Below, piece after piece: positions 42,005 through 51,158 of a stretch of 64,000 nucleotides of DNA. Below the pieces are notes generated by a model that did not search any database, was not told where the DNA came from, and worked only from the letters and a program-made list of their open reading frames with translations. Made by a program: the position numbers and the translations under genes. The DNA is taken from contig CACOXL010000002.1 of the NCBI GenBank assembly GCA_902631135.1, positions 4,990 through 68,989 of the forward strand, read 5' to 3'. Position 1 is the first letter of the stretch. Every line of letters begins with the position of its first letter. This DNA is from an uncultured Pelagibacteraceae bacterium. Its GTDB lineage: Bacteria > Pseudomonadota > Alphaproteobacteria > Pelagibacterales > Pelagibacteraceae.

Positions 42005-42678
42005 TTAAAACTATATTTTTTTTCTAAAAATTTAATCACATTATGGATTATAAAAGTCATAAATAGATAAATACCACCAGCAACAATAAATACCTCAATT
42101 GGTTTAAACGTTGTAGAAATTATATATTTTGCAACACCAGTCAAATCCATAATAGTAACTGTACTTGCTAGAGAAGTGCCTTTCATCATTAGAATTATTT
42201 CATTTCCATAAGCTGGAAGTGATTGTCTGATAGCAATTGGAATTTGAATTTTATAAAAAATAATTTTGCTTGATATACCTAAGCTTTGCCCAGCTTCAAT
42301 AACACCAGGTTTAATTGTTTGAAAAGCTGATCTTAAAATTTCAGATGTATAAGCACCAGTGTTTAATGCAAAGGCAATTATTGCACACCAATAAGGTTCT
42401 TTTAAAATCACCCATAAAAATGTTGATCTCAAATATTCAATTTGACCTAGACCAAAATAAATAATGAATATTTGTACTAATAATGGAGTTCCTCTGAATA
42501 AATATGAGTATCCATAAGCAAATCTATTTATAAAAATATTTTTATTTAATCTTAGAATTGCAAACAAAAGACCAATAAATAATCCTACAATTAAAGATAC
42601 AGATAAAAGTTTTAAAGTAATTACGGCAGCATTTAATAATTTTGGGAAACTATTAATCATCAATTCAAAATCCATCAA
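42001..42678 (-). CDS. Polar amino-acid ABC permease (HisM/OccM-like)
   Basis: RGTPLLVQ, AY.SEILR, EA.QSLG, KGTSLAS motifs. Confidence 0.93.
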   Translation of the reverse strand: MMDFELMINSFPKLLNAAVITLKLLSVSLIVGLFIGLLFAILRLNKNIFINRFAYGYSYLFRGTPLLVQIFIIYFGLGQIEYLRSTFLWVILKEPYWCAIIAFALNTGAYTSEILRSAFQTIKPGVIEAGQSLGISSKIIFYKIQIPIAIRQSLPAYGNEIILMMKGTSLASTVTIMDLTGVAKYIISTTFKPIEVFIVAGGIYLFMTFIIHNVIKFLEKKYSFN

Positions 42679-43367
42679 TACCCCCTGCTATATTTAACTT
42701 CTAATTTATTAATCAGTTTCATACTTAAAAAAGTCAGCAATAAATATAAAACTGCAGCAAATGAATAAAAGAACAATGGATCTCTTGTAGATCCAGCTGC
42801 AATATAAGATTGCCTCATGATCTCAACTAAACCTGTAACTGAAATTAGCGACGTATCTTTAAGTGTTATTTGCCAAACATTACTTAGATTAGGAATTGCA
42901 AGTCTTAACATTTGGGGAAGAATAATCTTATAAAACTGTTTAAATTTATTAAAACCTAAAACCTTAGCAGCTTCAAATTGACCTTTATCAATTGATTGAA
43001 TTGCTCCTCTAAAAACTTCTGTAGAATAAGCGCCTGAAATAATCCCAATAGCAAATGAACCTGTAACAAATGCATTTATTTCTATGTACTCATTGTAACC
43101 AAATATAGATGCAACAAACATAATTGCACCACTTCCTCCAAAAAAGAATAAGTAGATTACTAAAAGTTCAGGCACACCTCTAATGACTGTAGTGTAAATA
43201 TTTGCAATTAGATTTAGTGATTTAAATTTAGATAATTTTAATGGTGTAAAAATTGCAGCAAAACTAAAACCTATAAGCATTGCTGTAATTGATACAGCTA
43301 TTGTCATCAGGGTAGCACGAAATAATTCATCACCCCAACCAGTATCTCCAAATGCTAGAAGTTCCAT
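42675..43367 (-). CDS. Polar amino-acid ABC permease (HisQ/OccQ-like)
   Basis: RGVPELL, AYSTEVFRGA, GQFEAA, LKDTSL.S motifs. Confidence 0.93.
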   Translation of the reverse strand: MELLAFGDTGWGDELFRATLMTIAVSITAMLIGFSFAAIFTPLKLSKFKSLNLIANIYTTVIRGVPELLVIYLFFFGGSGAIMFVASIFGYNEYIEINAFVTGSFAIGIISGAYSTEVFRGAIQSIDKGQFEAAKVLGFNKFKQFYKIILPQMLRLAIPNLSNVWQITLKDTSLISVTGLVEIMRQSYIAAGSTRDPLFFYSFAAVLYLLLTFLSMKLINKLEVKYSRGY

Positions 43368-43372
43368 ACAGA

Positions 43373-43399
43373 TTGGCGACTATACATGATAGTCGCCAA
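43373..43399 (-). promoter_or_regulatory. Intercistronic 11-bp stem-loop between binding-protein and permease genes
   Basis: TTGGCGACTAT-ACATG-ATAGTCGCCAA perfect inverted repeat; no T-run on either side. Confidence 0.75.
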
Positions 43400-43412
43400 A
43401 TCTAAAATTGAA

Positions 43413-44243
43413 TTACATAGAAGCGTCGAAACCGAACCACTTAGTAGCTATTCTACTAATATCTCCGTTCTTTCTCGCTTTTTTAATTGCAGCGTTAAAC
43501 TTTTTTAAAAGTTCAGTATCATCTTTTCTGATACCAACACCAACGCCATTACCAAATGCACCACCTGAAAAAGTTGGTCCAGTTAAAACAACTGGTTTAC
43601 CAGATTTTTCTGCATAATCACTGAATGCTACAGCAGCAGCTAATGCTGCATCACATCTTCCTGATGCTAAATCTAGGTTTACTTCATCTTGTGTTTTGTA
43701 AGTTCTTACATTTACTTTTCCAACATCACCTGAATCTAAAAAGTTTTGATGAATTGTAGCAGTTTGAACACAAACAGTTTTACCTGCTAATGCTGCGGTA
43801 AGAGTTTTCAATGCTTTCTTTGCAGCTGCATTAGGTTTAGTTAAATTAATTCCAGCTGGGGTATCTAAACCCTCTAAGCTTGAACCTTTCATAACAGCTA
43901 AAGATGCAACTTCATCTGCATAACCTTGAGAAAAGCTAATTGCTTTTTGTCTTTCAGCTGTAATTGACATTCCTGCCATTATTGCATCAAACTTTCTCAT
44001 GATTAATGCTGGTATCATTCCATCCCAGTCTTGCTCAACTATAGTACATTGCTGTCCAATATATCTACAAAGTGTGTAAGCTAACTCCACTTCAAAACCG
44101 ATTAATTTACCTGACTCATCTTTTGAATTCCATGGAGGGTAAGCACCTTCTGTTCCAATTCTAATTTTGTCAGCATGAACATTCCCCATCACTAATAAAG
44201 AAAGTAAAACTGAAAAAATAGTTTTTTTAAATATATTCATCAT
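43413..44243 (-). CDS. Polar (Arg/Lys/His/opine-type) amino-acid ABC substrate-binding protein
   Basis: Signal peptide, IGTEGAYPPW, WDGMIPAL, MSITAER, DL.SGR.D motifs; AAGGAGAG SD. Confidence 0.93.
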   Translation of the reverse strand: MMNIFKKTIFSVLLSLLVMGNVHADKIRIGTEGAYPPWNSKDESGKLIGFEVELAYTLCRYIGQQCTIVEQDWDGMIPALIMRKFDAIMAGMSITAERQKAISFSQGYADEVASLAVMKGSSLEGLDTPAGINLTKPNAAAKKALKTLTAALAGKTVCVQTATIHQNFLDSGDVGKVNVRTYKTQDEVNLDLASGRCDAALAAAVAFSDYAEKSGKPVVLTGPTFSGGAFGNGVGVGIRKDDTELLKKFNAAIKKARKNGDISRIATKWFGFDASM

Positions 44244-44301
44244 TCTCTCCTTTAATAAAAAAATTAGTATTTCATAAATTGAAGACTTTAAAAAGAAAAA
44301 A

Positions 44302-45342
44302 TTAGTGATTTATTGATGACGAGAAATTCCACGAACAATCAAAACTAGGCACATAAACCCTTGATAATTTAGTATTTCCAAAATGATGATGAAATACATT
44401 CAACCAATTTTCAACTTGATGGGGTTTTTTATCTTGGCTACCAACTTGAGCTGTTATAACCCCTTTTGGTTTTAAAATTCGAACAAGTGAGTCCATATTT
44501 TTTGCAGCTAAATCTATACAGAATTGGTCGTCATTTAGATCAACAAAAATATGATCATAACTATCATCATTAATTGATTTGATATTTTCGAAAGCATCTC
44601 CCCAAACACATTTTACTGAATTTTTTTCTGTAGCTTTTTTACCTATATCTCCTAAATGTTTATTACAAACTTCAACCACTTCAGGATCAAGCTCAAACCA
44701 ATCTATAAAATTAAATTTTTTTGAAATACATTCTCTAGCAACACCACCATCTCCACCACCAATTATAGCAGCTCTTTCACTGCTTTTATTTAGCTTAAGC
44801 CCAGCACCAACAAATGTTGAACTGTACAAATGCTCATCTGAGGCAGCAACTTGTATTTCTCCATCGATAAATAAAGACTTACCAAATTGTTCAAGATCTA
44901 AAATTTCAATGTGCTGGCCAACTTTAGATTTAAAATCTTCTAAAACATCATTTACAACGTAAGCTTTTTGAAGACCAGGTGAACTATAAATATCATGGTA
45001 CAGAGCTCTAGTATCTCTATTGAATTCTTTTTTTACAATTCTTTTATGCTTAAATTCTTTTTTAATTATATCGATTGCGATTGATGGACTTATTTTACCA
45101 CATGTGAAAAAATCAAAACTTATTATCCCTTTCTCTGGAAATGTATGAAAACTGATATGACTCTCAGCTAGCAAAGCTAATATGGTAAAACCTTGTGGTT
45201 CAAATTTATATTTAGATATATTAAGAATTGTAACTTTTGCAGCTTTAGCAATTTGATTAATTACTCTCTCATAGACCGAAGGATCATACTCTTTATCTGT
45301 CCCAATAATGTCTAAAGTGATGTGCTCCCCAACTTTTATCAT
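44302..45342 (-). CDS. speD: S-adenosylmethionine decarboxylase-spermidine synthase fusion (SpeD-SpeE)
   Basis: N-terminal LAESHISFHTFPE pyruvoyl cleavage site and DFFTCG; C-terminal LFIDGEIQ, IIGGGDGG, ELDPEVV motifs. Confidence 0.93.
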   Translation of the reverse strand: MIKVGEHITLDIIGTDKEYDPSVYERVINQIAKAAKVTILNISKYKFEPQGFTILALLAESHISFHTFPEKGIISFDFFTCGKISPSIAIDIIKKEFKHKRIVKKEFNRDTRALYHDIYSSPGLQKAYVVNDVLEDFKSKVGQHIEILDLEQFGKSLFIDGEIQVAASDEHLYSSTFVGAGLKLNKSSERAAIIGGGDGGVARECISKKFNFIDWFELDPEVVEVCNKHLGDIGKKATEKNSVKCVWGDAFENIKSINDDSYDHIFVDLNDDQFCIDLAAKNMDSLVRILKPKGVITAQVGSQDKKPHQVENWLNVFHHHFGNTKLSRVYVPSFDCSWNFSSSINH

Positions 45343-45347
45343 AAAAA

Positions 45348-46013
45348 TTATCCACTTTTATAATTTTTAACTTTTTCTAAGATTTTTTTCATTTCTGCAA
45401 ACGAAAGAATCTTAGGCTCTCCCATCTTTAAAGCAATAACATATTGTTGGCAAATATTTTCTACCTCTTGTGCAAGTTCAAATGCTTTTGATAAATTATC
45501 ACCAAATGCAACCTGACCGTGGTTAGACATCAAACATGCCTTTCTATCTTTTAAAGCTTTTACAATATTCATTGAAAGTTCATGTGTTCCAAAGGTTGCA
45601 TATTCAGCACATCTAATATCTTCGCCTCCTGCTAGAGCAATCATGTAATGAAATGGTGGTATAGATTTACCATGAGTCGAAACTGCTGAAGCATTAGGTG
45701 AATGAGCATGAACAATTGCTTTTGCCTCCCATTTGTTTTTATAAATATCTTGATGAAATCTCCATTCTGATGAAGGATTTTTGCCTGAATTAAACCAAGA
45801 TAAAAAGTCCTTTTCTTCAGTTAAAGATAAAAAAACAATATCTTCTGGTTTAAGTGATTCGTATTTTTTTCCTGAAGGAGTGATAAAAAAACCTTCAACT
45901 CCATTCTCAACACCTCTTACTGAAATATTTCCTGATCTTAAAGGAGATAAATTAGTAGTATTAAGTTTAATTGAATATTCAATTACTTCTTCTCTTTCTC
46001 TTAAATTTTTCAT
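45348..46013 (-). CDS. Class II aldolase (FucA-like; probable Ald2 of the MTA/5'-deoxyadenosine DHAP shunt)
   Basis: SGNIS.R, ITPSG, PSSEW.FH, VHAHS, YATFGT, NHG motifs; co-oriented with mtnP-mtnA. Confidence 0.85.
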   Translation of the reverse strand: MKNLREREEVIEYSIKLNTTNLSPLRSGNISVRGVENGVEGFFITPSGKKYESLKPEDIVFLSLTEEKDFLSWFNSGKNPSSEWRFHQDIYKNKWEAKAIVHAHSPNASAVSTHGKSIPPFHYMIALAGGEDIRCAEYATFGTHELSMNIVKALKDRKACLMSNHGQVAFGDNLSKAFELAQEVENICQQYVIALKMGEPKILSFAEMKKILEKVKNYKSG

Positions 46014-47080
46014 TTAAACAACTTTTTTAATCCCTCTTTTGAGGCTGCACAAACACCCTTTTCAGTAATCAAACTTGTTACATATTTTGCAGGCGTTACA
46101 TCAAATGCCAAATTCATTGATTTACTTTTTTTTGGATAAATTTGTACTTTTTTAACATTTCCTTTTTCGTCAAAACCTTCAATATGAGATAATTCCTCTG
46201 AATTTCTTTCTTCGATAGGAATGTCTTTATGATCTTTAATATTCCAATCTATTGTTGAACTTGGAAGAGCTACATAAAAAGGAATATTGTTATCATGAGC
46301 TGCTAATGCTTTTAGGTAGGTACCAACTTTATTACAAACATCACCGTTAGCTAAAGTTCTGTCTGTACCAACAATACACATATCAACCTCACCTCTTTGC
46401 ATTAAAATTCCACCAGTGTTATCTGCAATGATCGTATTTTTAACTCCTTCCTCATTTAACTCAAATGAAGTTAAATTAGCTCCTTGATTTCTAGGTCTAG
46501 TTTCATCAGCCCAAACATGAACTGGAATACCTTTCTTGTGTGCATGATAAATTGGAGAAGTAGCTGTACCCCAATTTATTGTCGCAAGCCAACCTGCATT
46601 ACAATGCGTTAAAATATTAACTGTATCTTTTTTTTTATTGTAAATTTCTTCTATAATTTTAAGTCCATTTAATCCAATATTTTCACAAAATTTAATATCT
46701 TCCTCGCAAATTTCTTTTGCTTCATTTAGTGCTATTTCCAAAATTTTTTCACTATTAACACCTGACAATTTATTCATCATTCTATCAACAGCCCACTTGA
46801 GATTTATTGCAGTTGGTCTTGAGCTTATTAAATTTTCTGCAGATTTTTTTAAAAATGATTGATCATTATTTTCTTTAATAGCTAAAACTAATCCATAAGC
46901 TGCTGTTGCTCCTATTAGGGGAGCTCCTCTTACTTCCATACTCTTAATTGCATTTATTGCATCATTAACTGTTTTAAGATCTTTAATAACAAATTTATGT
47001 GGAAGTTTTGTTTGATCGATAATTTTTACAATATTATTTTCAAACCAAATAGTACGATACTCTTTTCCTTCTATTCTCAT
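46010..47080 (-). CDS. mtnA: S-methyl-5-thioribose-1-phosphate isomerase
   Basis: IDQT.LP, VRGAPLIG, RPTAINL, THCNAGWLAT, ETRP..QG, NKVGTY motifs. Confidence 0.97.
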   Translation of the reverse strand: MRIEGKEYRTIWFENNIVKIIDQTKLPHKFVIKDLKTVNDAINAIKSMEVRGAPLIGATAAYGLVLAIKENNDQSFLKKSAENLISSRPTAINLKWAVDRMMNKLSGVNSEKILEIALNEAKEICEEDIKFCENIGLNGLKIIEEIYNKKKDTVNILTHCNAGWLATINWGTATSPIYHAHKKGIPVHVWADETRPRNQGANLTSFELNEEGVKNTIIADNTGGILMQRGEVDMCIVGTDRTLANGDVCNKVGTYLKALAAHDNNIPFYVALPSSTIDWNIKDHKDIPIEERNSEELSHIEGFDEKGNVKKVQIYPKKSKSMNLAFDVTPAKYVTSLITEKGVCAASKEGLKKLFK

Positions 47081-47949
47081 TTATTTAAAACTCTACCTGC
47101 AACTGTTTTAAGTTTTTCTATAGTTTTTTTTGTTCTTTTGTCAGGTGCTGTAATAATAGCTACATCCAAACAATTATTTGTAGGATCTTTAGGATCAATA
47201 TGATTTTCAAAGTTTTCAATAAGATTTTTAATCATATTTTTAGCTTTAACAGCGTTTCCTAACAGAACTTTTATCACTTGTTGTACATCAACATTTTCAT
47301 GATCTGGATGCCAACAATCATAATCAGTGACCATAGAAACTGATGCATATCTAATTTCAGCTTCTCTTGCTAATTTTGCTTCTGGCATATTAGTCATGCC
47401 TATAACATCTGCTTTCCATGATCTATATAAATTAGACTCGGCTAAAGTAGAAAATTGTGGCCCTTCCATTACAACATAAGTTCCCCCTCTTTGATATTCT
47501 ATATTTTCTTTCTTAATTGCATCTTCACATGCATTCATCAATCCATCTGATGTAGGATGTGCCATTGAAACATGTGCAACAATCTCATCGTCAAAAAAAG
47601 TTTTTATTCTTGAAAAAGTTCTATCTATGAATTGATCTACTATTACAAACTTTCCTGGTGGTAAATCTTCTTTTAATGATCCAACTGCAGAAACTGAAAC
47701 AATATCTGTAACTCCTAATTGCTTTAATGCATCAATATTTGCTCTAAAATTTATGTTTGATGGTGAAATAAAATGTCCTCTTCCATGTCTAGGTAAAAAA
47801 TAAACTTCTTTATCATTATAAATTGTTTTCAAAATTTGATCGGAATGCTTACCCCAAGGTGTATCCAATTCTATTAATTCTCTATTTGTAAACTCCTCAA
47901 CATCATAAAGACCACTTCCACCTATGATTGCTAATTTATTTATTGTCAT
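47077..47949 (-). CDS. mtnP: 5'-methylthioadenosine phosphorylase
   Basis: IIGGSGLY, RHG.GH, EGPQFST.AES, GMTN.PEAKLAREAE, TDYDCW motifs. Confidence 0.96.
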   Translation of the reverse strand: MTINKLAIIGGSGLYDVEEFTNRELIELDTPWGKHSDQILKTIYNDKEVYFLPRHGRGHFISPSNINFRANIDALKQLGVTDIVSVSAVGSLKEDLPPGKFVIVDQFIDRTFSRIKTFFDDEIVAHVSMAHPTSDGLMNACEDAIKKENIEYQRGGTYVVMEGPQFSTLAESNLYRSWKADVIGMTNMPEAKLAREAEIRYASVSMVTDYDCWHPDHENVDVQQVIKVLLGNAVKAKNMIKNLIENFENHIDPKDPTNNCLDVAIITAPDKRTKKTIEKLKTVAGRVLNK

Positions 47950-47990
47950 GTTTAAAAAATAATTTATTTATACTTTATTAAATAATATTT

Positions 47991-48518
47991 ATGAATTTAA
48001 AAGATTATATTAGATCTATACCTGATTATCCAAAAAAAGGGATTTTGTTTAGAGATATCACTACATTAATTAAGGATGAAAAAGCTTTTGCAGAAACAAT
48101 AAATCAAATAGTTGAAAAATCAAAGAAATATAAATTTGATAAAGTTGCTGCTATTGAGTCTAGAGGCTTTGTTTTTGCTTCAGCTGTATCTTATTTATTA
48201 AATAAACCTTTCATAATGCTCAGAAAAAAAGATAAACTTCCAGCAGATGTTCATTCTGTTGATTTTGAATTAGAGTATGGCACTGCAACAATTCAAATAC
48301 ACAAAGACTCAATTAATGAAAATGAAAATGTTTTAATCATTGATGATTTAATTGCAACAGGAGGAACAGCTGAAGCAGCAGCTAAACTTATCAAAATTTC
48401 AAAAGGAAACGTGTCAGCATTTATTTTTGTTATCGATTTATTTGATCTAAACGGCGCAAATAATTTAAAGGAAAAAGGTTTTAGTGTTGAAAGTATTATG
48501 GAATTTCCAGGTCATTAA
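47991..48518 (+). CDS. apt: Adenine phosphoribosyltransferase
   Basis: DYPK.GILFRDIT, ESRGF, LEYG, IIDDLIATGGT motifs. Confidence 0.97.
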   Translation: MNLKDYIRSIPDYPKKGILFRDITTLIKDEKAFAETINQIVEKSKKYKFDKVAAIESRGFVFASAVSYLLNKPFIMLRKKDKLPADVHSVDFELEYGTATIQIHKDSINENENVLIIDDLIATGGTAEAAAKLIKISKGNVSAFIFVIDLFDLNGANNLKEKGFSVESIMEFPGH

Positions 48519-48526
48519 AATTTTAA

Positions 48527-49204
48527 ATGGAAAAAATCAATAAATTTCGCAAAATAATAAATAAAATTTATTATCTTTTATTTATTGAAAATTTTAAAGG
48601 TAAATTAAGATTTAATTTTCCATTAAATTATAGTCGAATAGAATTAATTGATTATCTTATTAAAAAAAATAAATATTCTGATTATTTAGAAATAGGTTGT
48701 GATAAAAATCAACTTTTTTCAAAAGTGCACATAAAAAGTAAGACCGGTGTTGATCCTGTAAGTGGAGGCAATGTAAGAAAAACTAGTGATCATTTTTTTT
48801 TAGAAAATAAAAAAAAATTTGATATAATATTTATTGATGGTTCGCATATTTATCATCAAGTCAAAAAAGATATTCTTAATTCTATAGATTGCTTGAATGA
48901 TAATGGTATAATACTCGTACATGATTGTATGCCAGACTCATTAAGCAAACAAGCAGTTCCAAGGTATAGAATGCAATGGAATGGTGATGTCTGGAAAGCA
49001 ATTGTTGATTTAAGACAAAATAAAAATCTAAATATTTTTACATGTGAAATAGATCAGGGTATCGGAATAATAAAAAAAATTAAAAATACATCAGTTCTAA
49101 AAATTAATAAACCTATAAACGAACTTAAATTTGAAGATTATTTTAATAATTACAAATCATATTTAAGAGTAATCTCTTTAGATGATTTAAAAAAAATTCT
49201 TTAA
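48527..49204 (+). CDS. Class I SAM-dependent methyltransferase
   Basis: YLEIGC, GVDP, FDIIFIDGSH, G.I.VHD, WNGDVWK motifs. Confidence 0.85.
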   Translation: MEKINKFRKIINKIYYLLFIENFKGKLRFNFPLNYSRIELIDYLIKKNKYSDYLEIGCDKNQLFSKVHIKSKTGVDPVSGGNVRKTSDHFFLENKKKFDIIFIDGSHIYHQVKKDILNSIDCLNDNGIILVHDCMPDSLSKQAVPRYRMQWNGDVWKAIVDLRQNKNLNIFTCEIDQGIGIIKKIKNTSVLKINKPINELKFEDYFNNYKSYLRVISLDDLKKIL

Positions 49205-50090
49205 TCTAAGTTTAAATTCGGCCTATATGAAGATTTTCTACCTAACAAGGCATTTATGAAACCAAGTATTCTATTCAGATAAATTTTACTTTTTTTTCTA
49301 TTAATAATTAGTGAATAAAAAATAAATCTAATTGAAGCAGAAACAAATGATGGTAATCCATTTAAGAGAGCTGAAAAAAAACCGAAATGTTTTTTGTTAT
49401 AATAAAACTTTGACCAAACCCAATGCCAATTTCTTGAAAGTTCAATTTCGTAATTATATTTCTCATCTACTGATTTAGCACCTAAATGTTTAATTTTTGA
49501 ATTAGGAACAGCATAAATATTTTCACCACAATCAATTAACCTTTTACACAAATCATCATTTTCTAAATACATAAAGAAATTTTCATCAAAATATTTGTGG
49601 TCATCAAAAATTTGTAATTGGTTAAGTTTTTTAAATTTAATAACATTGCATAACCATCTACACTCTTCACCTTAAAGGCATTATTGTTGTCATAGACATG
49701 ATTTTTACCAAGTTTATAATTCTGATTTTCGATAGAATTTGAAATTGGTGCTATAATGCTAAAAGACTCAATTTTTTGTGATGACAAGATTATCTCATCA
49801 ATACAATTAGTTTCTAAAATTACATCTGGATTAAGTATAAAAGCATAGTCTGTTTTGACGTATTTAAGACCAAAATTATTACCACTTCCCATACCTAAAT
49901 TTTCAGATGACAATATACATTCAACATTTTGATATCTGTTTTCTATATTTTCTTTAAATTCTTTATCCATAGAATTCTCTATAAGGATTATCTTAATACT
50001 TTCTGAAATTGATCTGATACAATCATGTATTACATTTTTACTCTTAAATGTAACAATTACTGCTGTTAAATTTTGCCTAGATATTGACAT
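49201..50090 (-). pseudogene. GT2 glycosyltransferase (rhamnosyltransferase-like) split by a 1-nt frameshift
   Basis: 5' ORF has IVTF, ENS, NLG.G.GNN, LNPD; 3' frame carries FDENFFMYLENDDLC; one extra A in the A6 run at 49627-49632 joins them. Confidence 0.8.
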
Positions 50091-50147
50091 ATGATATGTG
50101 TAATCAACTATACTAATACTTTCTATTAATGTAAAAAAAATTATCAA

Positions 50148-51158
50148 ATGAAAAAAATAATTGTTACAGGTGGTTTGGGATTTATAGGTAGTAATTTAAT
50201 TGATCTATTAATTAAGAAAAAATATTATGTAATAAATATCGATAAAGTCACTTATTCATCAAACTTTTACAATACTAAGGAATTTAAAAAATCCAAAAAA
50301 TACAAATTTATCAAATTAGATATTAAAAATAAAAAAATTAATAAAATACTTTTTAAATATAAGCCTGATTGTATCTTTAATTTAGCTGCTGAAACTCATG
50401 TTGATAGGTCTATAGACAACCCTGAAAGTTTTATAGAAAGTAATATTGTTGGTGTCTATAATTTACTTGAAGCTTTTAAGAAATATTCAAAAAAATTTAA
50501 ATGTAAATTAATACATATTTCTACTGATGAAGTTTATGGGGATATATTAAAAGGAAGATCTAATGAAAATTATCCTTACCTGCCAAGCTCACCCTACGCT
50601 GCAAGTAAAGCAGCTTCAGACCACTTAGTTAGTTCATATGTGAGAACATACAAAATTCCAGCAATAGTAACTAATTGTTCAAACAATTACGGACCAAGAC
50701 AACACCCTGAAAAATTAATTCCTAAGTTAATTTATAATATCTTAAATAATAAACCTCTTCCAATTTATGGAAAAGGATTAAATTCAAGAGAGTGGATATT
50801 TGTAACTGATCATTGTAAAGCTTTATATAAAGTTTTTTTAAAAGGTAAAGTTGGTGAATTTTATAATATTGGATCAAATAAAAATTTGACTAATTTGGAA
50901 GTTAGTAATTCATTATTAAATGTATCTAAAAAATTAACAAAAATAGGTAATAGGGTAAAAGTTTCTTTTGTTAAGGATCGCCCTGGTCACGACAAAAGAT
51001 ATGCATTAAATAGTAATAAAATCAAAAAAAAATTAAGATGGCATCCAAAAACAAATTTTAAAAAGGGTATTGAGCAGACATTTAAATGGTACAAAAACAA
51101 TCAATCGTACTTTAAATCTATACCAAAAAAAGATATTGTAAAAAGATTAGGCAAATAA
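50148..51158 (+). CDS. rfbB: dTDP-glucose 4,6-dehydratase
   Basis: VTGG.GFIGS, AAETHVDRS, STDEVYG, YAASK, DRPGHD.RY motifs. Confidence 0.96.
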   Translation: MKKIIVTGGLGFIGSNLIDLLIKKKYYVINIDKVTYSSNFYNTKEFKKSKKYKFIKLDIKNKKINKILFKYKPDCIFNLAAETHVDRSIDNPESFIESNIVGVYNLLEAFKKYSKKFKCKLIHISTDEVYGDILKGRSNENYPYLPSSPYAASKAASDHLVSSYVRTYKIPAIVTNCSNNYGPRQHPEKLIPKLIYNILNNKPLPIYGKGLNSREWIFVTDHCKALYKVFLKGKVGEFYNIGSNKNLTNLEVSNSLLNVSKKLTKIGNRVKVSFVKDRPGHDKRYALNSNKIKKKLRWHPKTNFKKGIEQTFKWYKNNQSYFKSIPKKDIVKRLGK

